In this document: in pieces, positions 29,435-44,474 of the stretch
Position numbering within the stretch: the first letter of the stretch is position 1
Layout: each line of letters starts with the position of its first letter
Origin: Flaccisagitta enflata
Taxonomy: Eukaryota
Length of the DNA: 64,000 nucleotides
Assembly (NCBI GenBank): GCA_965153355.1
Contig: OZ231126.1
Span: 8,556,001-8,620,000, forward strand
Direction of reading: 5' to 3'
Program-made: the position numbers and the translations under genes
Notes under the pieces: model-generated
The model's database searches: none
What the model saw: the letters and a program-made list of their open reading frames with translations, nothing else
Told to the model about the DNA's origin: nothing

Positions 29435-30020
29435 AATAGATAGGGTAGAGACTAGAAACTTGATAGGGTAGAGACTAGAAACTTGATAGGGTAGAGACTA
29501 GAAACTAGATAGGGTAGAGACTAGAAACCAGATAGGGTAGAGACTAGAAACTAGATAGGGTAGAGACTAGAAACTTGATAGGGTAGAGACTATAAACTTG
29601 ATAGGGTAGAGACTAGAAACTAGATAGGATAGAGAATAGAAACTAGATAGGGTTGAGACTAGAAACTAGATAGGGTTTGGACTAGAAACTAGATAGGGTA
29701 GAGACTAGAAACTAGATAGGGTTTGGACTAGATAGATAGGGTTAAGACTGGAAACTAGCTAGGGTTAAAACTAGAAACTGAATAGGGTAGACACTAGAAA
29801 CTAGATAGCGTTAAGAATAGAAACTAGATAGGGCTAAGATTAGAAACTAGATAGGATTTGGACTGGAAACTAGATAGGGTAGAGACTAAAACTGAATGGG
29901 ATCAAGACTTGAAACAAGATAGTCGTACAGGACATTGGCCCTTTGGGGCCGCTGCCCAAAAACTAGATATGGTACTTTTATGGTAGTGAATAAAAACTAG
30001 ATTGGGTTGAGACTAGAAAC
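29435..30020. repeat. 23-bp minisatellite (GATAGGGTAGAGACTAGAAACTA)n with an embedded family-B IR fragment at ~29926-29961
   Basis: Direct reading; units diverge toward the right. Confidence 0.9.
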
Positions 30021-30622
30021 ACAACGCAAGAAGCGTAGAGACATAAACTCGCTTTAGCAAATGTGCTTTAAGAGACAGGGAAACAATCTACTACTACTGT
30101 ATGTTGAAAAGGCATACACATCTGAGATGTATAACATCACTTTTATATCAAAGTCGTTTTAAAAAGTCCTGGCTCTGAATAGTCAAAGTACTTGCCTGAC
30201 GTGGCCAATGAAAAATGTTCAAAACCAGCGTACCATTTCTTTTCACTAACAGTACTGTGACAAGTTTTTCTTGTCATCGTTTAGAAAAAAAATTTAAAAA
30301 GAGGAAAAAGTAATTCTCTCCTGTGCTATGACTTGGAGACTAGCCGCTTTTACTAGCAACGAGTGGCACGGGATATTTTCTACTATTTATATATTCCTCC
30401 CTATTTATATCTATACCTGGACGATCTTTATATCTATACCTGGACCGTGTTTCAAAATTCTTGGAATGCCCATTACAGGAGATAAAATGTTGTCTACTAA
30501 GCGATCCTTGCCATGTCAATTTTGAACGGTCGGAGGAAAGCTGAGTCGTTGATAAAACTGCTCATGCATTTATGCATTGCCGATTTCCAATGGTTTGCTG
30601 CAGCAAATTGCGAGACGACTTC

Positions 30623-31244
30623 GGGTGCGAATCTAGTCACAGACAATCGCGTTTTTAGTCGCGTGCTACGCGACTCTACACCCCGCTCTGTCGGTCCGTC
30701 CGTCGGTCCGTCCGTCGGTCCGTCCGTCGGTCCGTCCGTCACACTTTACTTTTTTTGGGTTTTTGCGGTTTCTGGCTTCACTGCTCCTGCCCAAATGATG
30801 AAGTGAACTCTATTACGGCCCCCGCCCACCCGCACGCGACTGGGGTAGCCGTGTTTCCGGCCTTGTTAACGGACCACTCGGTCGCTCGCTATGTTTGTTT
30901 GCTCGCAACGCTCACTCTGCTCAATCGCTCCGCCACGCTCATTTTGCTCGCTCGCTGTATTCACAAGCTCGCTCACTTACTTTGCTCACTCCCTCGTGGA
31001 ACAATGAAATTCATGAAAATGTGTTCATGCTGTAATTGCATTTTTATTCGCGGACACGCGACTCTACACCTTGGTCTGTCGGTCGGTCCGTCGATTGGTC
31101 GGCCGGTCCATCGGTCGGTCACATTTTTGAATTCCGAGCGATTTTCGCATTACTGCTCCTGCCCAACCTTCCGCGACTGGATTGCCGTGTATCCGGCCTT
31201 GTTTGGAAACAAACGCGTTTTTGGCGGTCACTAGAAACACGTCC
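30623..31244 (-). mobile_element. Harbinger-like MITE interrupted by two HINE-like elements (30652-30867 and 31041-31203)
   Basis: Removing the two inserts restores the reverse complement of 59742-60000. TTC flanks both ends. Confidence 0.8.
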
Positions 31245-31465
31245 TTCTTGTACCACCTCAGCAAATTGCGAGACGACTGTTTGTGCCACCACCTTTTAAA
31301 GAGGGTTCACTGATATCGATGGCATGACACAGTAACATCATGACATCTCATGGGTGTGTATGTTTTAAGATGGATCGGCAGTCGTGTGAATCCTAAACAA
31401 AAACAAAAACAAAAACAAAAACAAAAACAAAAACAAAAACAAAAACAAAAACAAAAACAAAAACA

Positions 31466-31496
<31 letters not shown>

Positions 31497-32464
31497 CAAA
31501 ACAAAACAAAACAAAAACAAAAAACAAAAACAAAAACTAGAAATAAAGGTAAAAAAAAATGAAAATGAAAAAAAAAATGAAAATGAAAATGAAAATGAAA
31601 AAAAAACAAAACAAAAACCAAATATAACCATCTGTTTTTCATCTGTCAGTCCTTTCATCTGTCAGTCTGAACATCCGTCCATCCCACAGCTAATTCAATG
31701 CCTGAAATTTTGATCTAGAATTTCAATTGGTGAGGAAATCAAGCAAATTAAATGTAACTCATTCTGCTTCTTTTTCTGTTTTGTTTTGATTATCATCATC
31801 ATCATTATCATTTGCAGGTCCCTATCATTTTGCTCGTACAAACAACTGAATCTGAAGTCGTCGTTCATCATCGGGATCTTGTCTCTTGCGCTTTTAGTTT
31901 CGTGGATTATACGATTTTAAGAAAAAAAAAGAAAAAAAAACTGACAAGCAAACAAAAGAAATAAAACAGGACAGCAGAATCATGCAGAAACATGGAATGA
32001 TAAAGAAAATAATAGAAAAAAAAACAAACAAAACAATTGCATCTTTTTCCATCGATTGAAAATATCTAAACGACTCAAAGTTAAAAACTCTTTTAGCAAC
32101 ATTTTTCCCGCGCTATTATCTGGAGGACACGCAACAAGTTAACAACCAAAAGCTTATCGGCATAATTTGCAATATAAATGAAAAAGGCGGAGGCTTTCAA
32201 TTTTGCACCTCTTTTTTAGAATTTAAAAAAACATTTACATACTGCGGTAAAATTGCTGCTAACGTGCTCAGACAGCGGCAGCATGCGGCAGCAGCAATAA
32301 CTTTTTTTCCTAGCATCGGTTTCGATCAAATATTTCCCCTTATTTCCTCGCGTTGGGTGGATATCTTTCTTACTATTTCCCTGTCTATCTGTCTTCGCTC
32401 ATAAGTCTGTCTGTCTGTCTGTCTCTCTTTTCTTTATGTTCATCTCTCTCTTCCCTCCTTTCTT

Positions 32465-32576
<112 letters not shown>

Positions 32577-34159
32577 TCGGTTACATCATGGGGATTTCCC
32601 CTTTTTTTTCCTTCTGCGCGGAAAAGTGAGCAGACGCGATAAACGCCTTCGACATTATTCTAACTCGCTCACTTCTTTTTCCAACCTCGCCATTTTTTCA
32701 CACCTTTGCCATTTTCTGTCACCTTTGCCATTTTCTGTCACCTTCCTCTTTCATGTCACCTAACCATTTTTCGTCATCTTCTCCTTTTTTTCACACCGTT
32801 GCCATTTTCTGTCACCTTCCTCTTTCATGTCACTAAACCCTTTTTTCCTCACCTTCTCCATTTTTTGTCACCTTCTCCCTTTTTTTACATACATGTAGAT
32901 CATATTCGTCATTACTGTCACCTTTGCTATCTATGTCACTTACCCAATCCTGGTCACCTTCAACATCTTTTGTCAAATTGATTTTTGTCACCCACACCAT
33001 TCTTTTACATTCTCATTACTTTGTCAACTTCACCATTGTCAACATTCCAAGGGGACCTTTTTACTTTACTATCACCTCTCGTCACTTTGAATGTTTTATT
33101 TTCTTTCTGTCATTTCTTCATGTTTTTTATTTCACTTTCATTTTTTTTTTATGGTCATATTCACTGTCGCGTTCCATTACCCTTGACTGCCTTGATTTCT
33201 TTTTCTCTTTTTCTCTTTTTTTTTCACCATTTCAGAATTCTTTCGTCGAGCACCTTAGTTTTACTACCCGTGCCATTTTTCTTTAAGACCTTCTTTGTTC
33301 TGATATTTGCCATTTTTATGGTTACCCTCGCTGCTAAATGCAGCAGGTTCGCCAAATCAGCTTGCGTTCCGTAAACTGCTTTTCTGTTTTCAGCCCATTG
33401 TTCTTGTTCTCTTATCAATCCTAGCTGCCATCTAGTTGCTCTCCTTCTTGTTCTTGTTCTCTGTCTGTACTCCCTCAAAGCTTTCATCGACTTATTTTTT
33501 TGTTGCATGAACTTCTTTTCCACTTCTTGTTCTTCCTCTTCTTCTTCCTCTTCTTCTTCTTCTTCCTCTTCTCCTTCTTCTTCTTCTTCTTCTTCTTCTT
33601 CTTCTTCTTCTTCTTCTTCTTCTTCTTCTTCTTCTTCTTCTTCTTCTTCTTCTTCCTCTTCTATTTCTTTGTCTTCTTCATCTTCTTCTTCTTCTACTAC
33701 TTATACTGTGTCTTCTTTCTCTTCTTCTTCTTCTTCTTCTTCTTCTTCTTCTTCTTCTTCTTCTTCTTCTTCTTCTTCTTCTTCTTCTTCTTCTTCTTCT
33801 TCTTCTTCTACTTCTACTACTTTGTCTTCCTCTTCTCCTTCGTTTTCCTCAAATGCATCGCCCTCGCCTCTTCTTTGCCGTCATTTTCGGTTTTGAATGT
33901 TTAATAGCCTATTAACAATAGGTATCCACTTTTTCAATTTTCATGTCTTCATCTATTTTGCGACGTTTTTTTGCCTTTCCTTTATTTCCTTCATTATCCT
34001 CCTTTGCCCTTAAAAACAAGCTCATCATTTTCCGATCTCATCTCATTTTCATCATTTTCCTTTATCGCCGATGCTTCCATAAATTCTATACATTTCTTAA
34101 TTGATGTTTGTCATTTCTGTCAAACCCAATTTTCCGTTGCCTCGCTCGTTCTCGCCATT

Positions 34160-34382
34160 TTTTTAGTCGCGTGCTACGCGACTCTACACCCCGCTTTGTC
34201 CTTCCGTCCGTCGGTCCGTCCGTCGGTCCGTCGGTCCGTCGGTCCGTCGGTCCGTCACACTTTACTTCTTTTGGGTTTTCGTGGTCTCTGGCCTCACTGC
34301 CCCTGCCCAACTAATGCATTGACCTCTAATATGGCCCCTGCCCACCCGCACGCGACTGTCTTGCCGTGTATCCGGCCTTGTT
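34160..34382 (+). mobile_element. Family-A HINE-like element
   Basis: AGTCGCGTGCTACGCGACT, (GTCGGTCC)n, GCACGCGACT, GCCGTGTATCCGGC hairpin, CTTGTT end. Confidence 0.85.
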
Positions 34383-35089
34383 TCTCTCTTCCTCGCTTCA
34401 ATCATTTTCTCCATTTCTCACGTTCTTTGGAATCTGCTGTAGAACCATTATCAAATCACCTTCAAACAAACTTGTTACGAAAATTGTCAGCTCCCTTCAG
34501 AAAATTGTCTTTTATCTCCTTATGAAATGAATGGCTGACAATTAAATACTATTCTAGTGGTCCTTAAAGGTTTGTTAGAAATAAACAAAAAACCCTTTGT
34601 ATCCCAATGTTTTCTAGATGTGTAAACGCACCTCTGTTTCCATCCGTCCTTTGATAGGCTGGTCCGTCTGTCCATATTGCAGGTCCTTCTGTCCAAAGGT
34701 CCGTCGGTAACGCTTTTTTTCCTTACCATCTCCAACATTACTTCATCCACGACATGCGGCTTTAATGGAATTAATCGCGCGAATCAGATTTCGTTCTCTT
34801 CATAAGATCTTAATGCCTATCACATATAATGTTCCATTAATATTTAGAGTCATTGTTTGGGAAAATCTGATGTAAGAGGTTATTGTTTTGGCAGATCGTA
34901 ACATAAATCTCTTTGTTTCCATTCATTCCAAAAAGGAGTTCATTGTTTTCACCAATTTACGACTCATTACCATCCGTAGAGGATTAGCCAAGAGTCTAAG
35001 GCAAGGCAGCAAGTTGTTCTGATGGCAACATGCTGATCATATATCAACCATTATAAATCTGGACTGAGGGTAAGACATCTCATAGGGGA

Positions 35090-35214
35090 AGAAATGGTCT
35101 ATTATGCGGCCGATAAAGTGGATCCTATGACGCTGATCATCTGACCTCTAGGAAGATTTAACAATAAAAGTCTGTTCGCTGACTGTAAAAGGTGTTAAAG
35201 AGTGAATAGATCAT

Positions 35215-35247
<33 letters not shown>

Positions 35248-35915
35248 GTTTTGCAACTGTTTAAGTGGATTGTATGAAGCTGATGATGTGACCCCCAGGA
35301 AGATCTACCAACAAAAGTCTGTTGACTTACTGTGAAATATGTTAAAGGGGAAGCAAATGATCAATCAATTATAATGCAAACAGAGTCGCTTGTATTACGC
35401 CGATCACAGATTACTAAGAAGATCTACCAATGCAAGTCTGTTTACTGACGATTAAACATGTTAAAGGATGAGTAAATGATCAATCAATCATGCAACCAGT
35501 CAAGTGGATTGTATGACGCTAGTCATGTGACCCTCCAGGAATATTTTCCAATACAAGTCTGTTGACTGACTGTAAAACTTGTTAAAGGGTGAGCAATTGA
35601 TCATTGATCAATCAGTCATGCAACCAGTCGAGTGGATTGTACAATGCTGATCATGTGACCCTCCAGGAACATTTTCCAATACAAGTTTGTTGACTGACTG
35701 TAAAATGTGTTAAAGGGTGAGCAATTGATCAATCAATCATGCAACCAGTCGAGTGGATTGTACAATGCTGATCATGTGACCCTCCAGGAACATTTTCCAA
35801 TACAAGTTTGTTGACTGACTGTAAAACGTGTTAAAGGGTGAGTAAATGATCAATCAATCATGCAACCAGTCAAGTGGATTGTATGATGCTAGTCATGTGA
35901 CCCTCCAGGAATATT
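35090..35915. repeat. ~120-bp tandem repeat, about 6 copies, more similar to each other toward the right
   Basis: TGTTAAAGGGTGAG..GATCAATCAATCATGCAACCAGTC..GTGGATTGTA..CATGTGACCCTCCAGGAA units. Confidence 0.85.
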
Positions 35916-37452
35916 CCCACTCATCATCTACTCAGTTGAGCAGAAATAACGTCAACAGAAGAAATCGGAGGGATTTAGAGAGGATTTTCCTGCGTTGCTT
36001 CGACCTGATGACATCCCAGTTGCGAGCAGACTATGATTCACATAGTTAGTCATGCGCTCAGTCTGTCAGTTGTACCTTCCTTTCGTCCACATGTTTGTGG
36101 ATAAGATTGGTTGAGAAAAGAGAAGATAAGATAGGATAAGATAAGTTGAGATAAGACAAGATAAGATAAGATAAGATAAGATAAGTTGAGATAAGACAAG
36201 ATAAGTCAAGATAGGGTAAGTTGAGATAAGACAAGATAAGATAAAATAAGATAAGATAAGGCAATCCTTGGGAAAAGCTTATGGTTTTATAAACACAAAC
36301 TGCCATCATAATCATAGAGACCGACAAAATTATTGGTATCATATCTCGGGGTATAATCAGAGGGAGGGAAAGGAGGTAAAAAAAAAAATAAGAAAAGGAT
36401 TACAAGAAGGAGGAAAACGAGGAGGATAAGGAGGGAGCCAAGGAAGATGAGGAGAAGGAGAAGGAAGATGAAGAGGAAGAGAAGGAAGAGGAAGGGAAGG
36501 TGTCATAGGAGGAGACCCCCGGGTAAATAAGGCTTTTCCGGTTTCGCAAGAAAACGATGACTGTCAAGGGCTTGTTTTCATTACAAGGCAAATAAAGGGG
36601 AAAAATAGACAGCCTTGTTAGTAGTAGAGGAAAGAAGAACAGCAAGAAAGTGTTTTTGTAAAAGAAAAAGAAGAAGAAGAAAAAGAAGAAGAAGAAGAAG
36701 AAGAAGAAGAAGAAGAAGAAGAAGAAGAAGAAGAAGAAGAAGAAGAAGAAGAAGAAGAAGAAGAAGAAGAAAAAGAAAAAGAAAAAGAAAAAGAAAAAGA
36801 AGAAGAAAAAGAAAAAGAAAAAGAAAAAGAAAAAGAAGATGAAGAAGAAGGAGAAAAATAAAAAGAAAAAGAAAAAGAAAAAGAAAAAAAAAGAAAAAGA
36901 AAAATAAAAAGAAAAAGAAAAAGAAGAAGAAGAAAAAGAAGAAGACGAAAAAGAAGAAGACGAAAAAGAGGAAGAAGCCAATTCAGCAAATCAGCCATTG
37001 TAGGTCAAAATTTAGAAACAAGGAAGCGGCAAGAATTTTATTGTAAATGGATCAAAAAATGTGGAAAGGTAAGTGTGGAAATAAGGATTTGGTTTTGGCT
37101 AGACCACAAGTTTTTGTTGGCAAATTCTGGGTGAGGTTGAAAAAGAATGATCAACTATATTTGCCTAAAACGGAGAAGAAGTGGAGGAAGAAGAAGCAGA
37201 AGGGAAGGAAAGAAGAAAAAAAGAAAGGAAGGGAGAAAGAAAAGAAAGTCTTGTTTTACATGAGGAAAAGTAAAGAAATCAGATTTCGGCCTCCTCGCAA
37301 AAGACAGGCAACCGGCAGCAAATATACTCGACTTCTCAATTACTTAACACAAGCTCAAACTATGACTGCCATTTTCCTTCTCCTTACAACACACTCACTA
37401 AAGTCCTTTTTCCATCTGCGCGGTCTTACCTCTCCGTCTGTCTGACTCTGAC

Positions 37453-37499
<47 letters not shown>

Positions 37500-37520
37500 C
37501 TCTCTGTCTCTCTCTGTCTG

Positions 37521-37594
<74 letters not shown>

Positions 37595-37747
37595 CTTTAA
37601 CTCCAACATTCACTTTCCCCCATTTATAATTGAATGAGATGGTTGGCGTTTGAAAAAAACGGTTTTCAACTGCGTTTGAAATTTGGTCGAGTTCAACCGG
37701 AAAATAGGGCAAAGATTTGAGACTCTTGAATCGTCTGATGTCAATCT

Positions 37748-38471
37748 ATCAGCTAGTGATGTTCTCAACCACGAATGGTGTAACCAGGCCATTAGTTTTC
37801 TTCATAAACACACTACTGGGATCAAACCTGTTACCTTTTGAATGAACGGCAGTGCACCAATCAGGCAGAGATGCTAACCAGGTCTTTGATGTAAAATGTT
37901 ACTATAGATTATTTTTTAGTCGCGTGCATTTCATGGCAAAGAAAACAAGCCCAAAAGGGCAACAGTCGCGTGCGTCTGGAAATGACATACAAAAGAGCAA
38001 AAACATGTCAAAATGTTAAAAAATGTTAGAAATGTTAAAAAATGTTAAAAAATGTTAAGAAATGTTAAAGAATGTTAAATAATGTCAAAAAATGTTAAAA
38101 AATGTTAAAAAATGTTAAAAAATGTTAAAATAGGTACAATGTCAAAAATGTTAAAAAATGTTAAAATGGTAAAGAATGTTAAAAAGTTAAAAGATATTAA
38201 AAATGTTAAAAAATGTAAAAACGCTTTTGTATGTCATTTCCAGACGCACGCGACTGTTGCCCTTTTGGGCTTGTTTTCTTTGCCATGAAATGCACGCGAC
38301 TAAAAAATAATCTATAGTAACATTTTACATCAAAGACCTGGTTAGCATCTCTGCCTGATTGGTGCACTGCCGTTCATTCAAAAGGTAACAGGTTTGATCC
38401 CAGTAGTGTGTTTATGAAGAAAACTAATGGCCTGGTTACACCATTCGTGGTTGAGAACATCACTAGCTGAT
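37748..38471. repeat. Perfect 248-bp inverted duplication around a 228-bp (AATGTTAAAA)n spacer
   Basis: 37748-37995 is the reverse complement of 38224-38471; no mismatch found by eye. Confidence 0.92.
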
Positions 38472-39860
38472 TTATAGTTCATTACACCATGATGTAGTTG
38501 TCTGATGGAAGGTTTTATCTCTCATGGCTTTTACTCTTGCTATATAGACTCACAGCAATGACGAGTACTATACTGATAAATTTCTCATTTATTAAAATTC
38601 ACCACATGACGTGCATTATCCTTAAAATCTCTCATCACAACTATTTATCAAATAAAACTCTAGAAAAAAGGCGGAATTTCTCTCAAAAATCAACAAATTG
38701 ACATCAGACTGAAATTCTATCTTTCTCCTCCTAAATCAGAGTGCCTGAAATTGGGTGAATCAACTTAAAAGGAGAAATCTTTTTTCAACCGCTTCACCTT
38801 TTTTGTACATAGTCTGTGCACAAGTAATTCCATTGTTCATTCAATACTTTAGATTTAATCACTTTCATAGCATATTGAAGATTTGCTTGATTTTGTTCTT
38901 GAGATATTACAGAGTCAATCTATTTGATTTGACGAAAAGTGTGACACTTTTATGTCTCACTTTCTATCATTGTAAATCTTGTGATATCTTATAGAAAATG
39001 GTTAGAATTGATATAAGTTTGAAATTTGGCACGTAATCTGGTTTACATAAAAGGGACAAAAAGAAATTCCAACCTTTGACAACGTGAAGCACCCTAACAT
39101 TGTAACTTTTGGTCTCAGGTTAGAATTGATAAAAGGTTTGAAAGTTGGCAAGTAATCTGGTTTGCATAAGAGGGACAAGTAGAAATTCCAAGCTTTGGCT
39201 TTGTTAAGCACCCGAACATCGTAACTTTCAGTCGCATGCATGCAACATGAGAGGTTGCCACATTGGTCAGCTTGTTTGTTGGATGGTTGGTATGTTTGTT
39301 GGTTGGTTTGATGGTCTGTGTCTCCGTTCGACTGTCAGTTGGTCCATCTGTCTAGCCGTTGATCGGTTACAAAAGCCCAACTGCACACAATCATTACGAT
39401 TAGTTTGAAATATCTACCAAACTGCAAAATCACAGTTGTCCTAGCTTTTAAAGGGACTCACTTTCTGTTTGCGATATCTGATTCCCTTCTAAACTGTTTC
39501 ACAAAATGCTTGCACTGTGTTGGATGTTGTTTTGTTTTGTTTGTTACGTCGTTGAATAGAAATTCTCGATTCTTGATTTCCTCTTGCTTTTCCTGAATCT
39601 CCTCCTCATGCTCTTTCTCCTACTTTTCCTCCCCCACCTCCCTCACTCTCTCCTCCTCTTCCTCCTCTTCCCACACCGCCTCCTCATAATCCTTTCGCAC
39701 TCTTTTTTCCTTCGATTGCAAACTGAAGAAAGACGTTTGTTTTTCGATTTGTCCCATTTGCTTGCCATGGTTGGGAAGATTATTATTGTTGTTATTGCTG
39801 TTGCTGTTGCTGTTATAGTTGGTGGTGATCTTGTTGCTTTTATCAATGTGGTTGTTACTC

Positions 39861-40049
<189 letters not shown>

Positions 40050-40287
40050 ACACAAACAAGGGTACAGTAGTTGACACACCGTAATACAAATGGAACACCA
40101 TGCCGTATTTTAATCACACAATATTGATCTTGTTTTCGTTTGTCTTAAGGGTTGTTTGCTCCTTTGATTGACAGATCATTTGTCCAAAACACAAGCAAAA
40201 CAAATACAACCTCTGGAGGAGAAGAAAAATATCCAACAATCCGTATGAGGAATGTGTTGATGGAAAGAAGCCGGGACACAGAGAGAG

Positions 40288-40386
<99 letters not shown>

Positions 40387-40988
40387 TTCTCATAACGCCA
40401 GTTGACATATATTTGTCAAAGAATGAAAAGCATTCCTCTAATAGGCGTAGCAGTAGGCCGAATGGATACTTATGAATAAATCGACGAGGTCTTTTGTTTT
40501 ACAGACTTTCTAAGCGGGTTTTTATTTAGGGTTGGGAGTAAGGTTAGGGTTGGGCTTGGGGATGGTTTTAGGGTCAGAGTTGAGGTTAGGGCTAGCATTA
40601 GGGCTAGGAGAGGGTTGGGTTTCGTAAATCGCAACTCAACTCGAATTAAAGCTTCGCCCTAGCGTCAAACCCCCCCCCCCAAAAAAAAAAAACAATCAAA
40701 CAAAAGATTTGAATAATTTTAGAAAAAACTTCCGGTGGAAGGTACATAGCGTCACATAAGTTAAGATTTCATCTAATTGGTACAACTAGAGGTTTATCTT
40801 TTATGCTTTGACAATGATGTTTACACAGATTGGGAATCTTGCTCAAAATCTGGCCGCTATCATTTTAAAATCTTTTTCAAACTTTTACAGTCATTTTGTA
40901 GCATTTCTCAAGACATACTTTTTCCGTCTGATGATGTTCCGGTTGTTCTGTTGGCGCGGTGTTTCTACCCTTTACTAGTGCAAAACTG

Positions 40989-42751
<1,763 letters not shown>

Positions 42752-42764
42752 TGCATAAGTGTTA

Positions 42765-43564
42765 CAGTACGATGGGAGCAATGACGACCTAGACTGGAGG
42801 ATAGATTTTAAGTATCCTAATCTTATTTGTATCATAGAATATTCAAGATCTAGGCTAATTAAAGGATGCTCTATTGAGTGAAAATGTTTGCGTCTCTCAA
42901 ACTTCAACTTTCCACTTGACCTCAACAAGACTTCATTTTTAGTTGCGGACACGCAACTCTATAAGAGGCTTTGTCCGTCCGTCCGTCCATCGGTCCGTTG
43001 GTCCGTTGGTCCGTGACCACGAGTCGAAAAGTGCGGGAATGAGTGTTTTAGATGATTTGTGTGCATGTGAGTGGTGGACTTGGGGTGTGGACGGGGGTTG
43101 GATGCCCCTGCCCACCCGTCCGCTACAATATTGTGACCCCGCGTCACTTGTTTAAAGTTATAACCTATTTCAATAGATCGAGTTGAAAATTTTAAATGGT
43201 TTTGAAAAAAAAAATCAGCACAATTGGTCCATTTTTTCAGGTTTTATGGCCATTTTAAGTTTTGCCCAAAAATTGATTTGCATAACTTTTGTTTATTAAA
43301 GATAGCTGTAAAACCTGTAAAAATGGTCCTGTAAAAATGTAAAAAAGGTATAAAATCTTTTGCCCAATCTAACGAAATAGGGTAGTACCTTGAAAAATGA
43401 AGTTTTGATGAGGTCAAGTCACAAGTTGAAGTTTAAGAGAAGCAAATGTATTTACTCAATAGAGCAACCTTTAGTTAGCCTCAAATATTTCATAATATAT
43501 GGACAAAATTAGGACATCTAAAATCTATCCTCTAGTCTAGGTCGTCATTGCTTCCATCATACTG
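42765..43564. mobile_element. Tc1/mariner-type MITE with long TIRs and a nested family-D HINE-like element (~42937-43153)
   Basis: CAGTACGATGGGAGCAATGACGACCTAGACTGGAGGATAGATTTTA / TAAAATCTATCCTCTAGTCTAGGTCGTCATTGCTTCCATCATACTG, TA flanks. Confidence 0.85.
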
Positions 43565-44201
43565 TACCATGTACCAGTAATGGCGACTCTCGCCGTGAGG
43601 AAAAAAGTCGTTAGCTTTAGTCATTTTTCATCAAGTTTTTTTCATTATTCACTGCAATTGTTTTTATTTGTTTGATCAAATTAAGAGCAATTGTAATCAT
43701 TGATTGCACTGAAAATCAGATAAAAATGGGAGTGAGCCAAATGAGCTATATAAGCTAAAATACTCAAAATCACTCAACCAGACAACCAGCTATGCTCACT
43801 GACATGTTTTTTTTATTTGCATGCTTGCATCAAAACATTTATTTATTTATCCCATTTAAAATCAGAAAAAAAGACTGAGTTGAATGAGCTAAATGAGCTA
43901 GAATATTCAAAAACACCCTCACAGATGAGCAGCTATGCTCACTGACATGCTTTCTTGTATTTGCATGCTCAGACATGTATCAAAACATTTATTCATACAT
44001 TGCATTTGAAATCAGAAAAAAAGATTGAGCTAAATGAGCTAAATGTGCTAAAATACTCAAAAACACCCTTACAGATGAGCAGCTACACTCATTAACATGT
44101 TTTCTTGTATTTGCATGCTCAAACAAACATGAATACACTCTTTTTTTGATCCTACTTAAAATCATCAAAAATCGAAAAAGAATTCAATTTGAATTTTTTG
44201 T

Positions 44202-44474
44202 AACAAGGCCAACACCTTACAGCCGCGTGCGGTTGTTAAGACCAAAAGACCAAAAGACTAAAAGACTAAATTACCAAAAGACCAAAAGACCAAAAATGAC
44301 TTATAATGATTTGAAATGATTTGAAATGACTGAAAAATGACTTAAAATGACTTCAAATAAATTAAAATGACACAAAACGACAAAAAAAGTGTTACGGACG
44401 GACCGACCGACAGACGGACCAGCCAACTAACAGACGGACAGAGTGGGTTGTAGAGTCGCGTGCACGCGACTAAA
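44202..44474 (-). mobile_element. Family-A HINE-like element
   Basis: AACAAGGCCAACAC..CGCGTGCG, (AAAAGACC)n and (AATGACTT)n, AGAGTCGCGTGCACGCGACTAAA. Confidence 0.85.
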
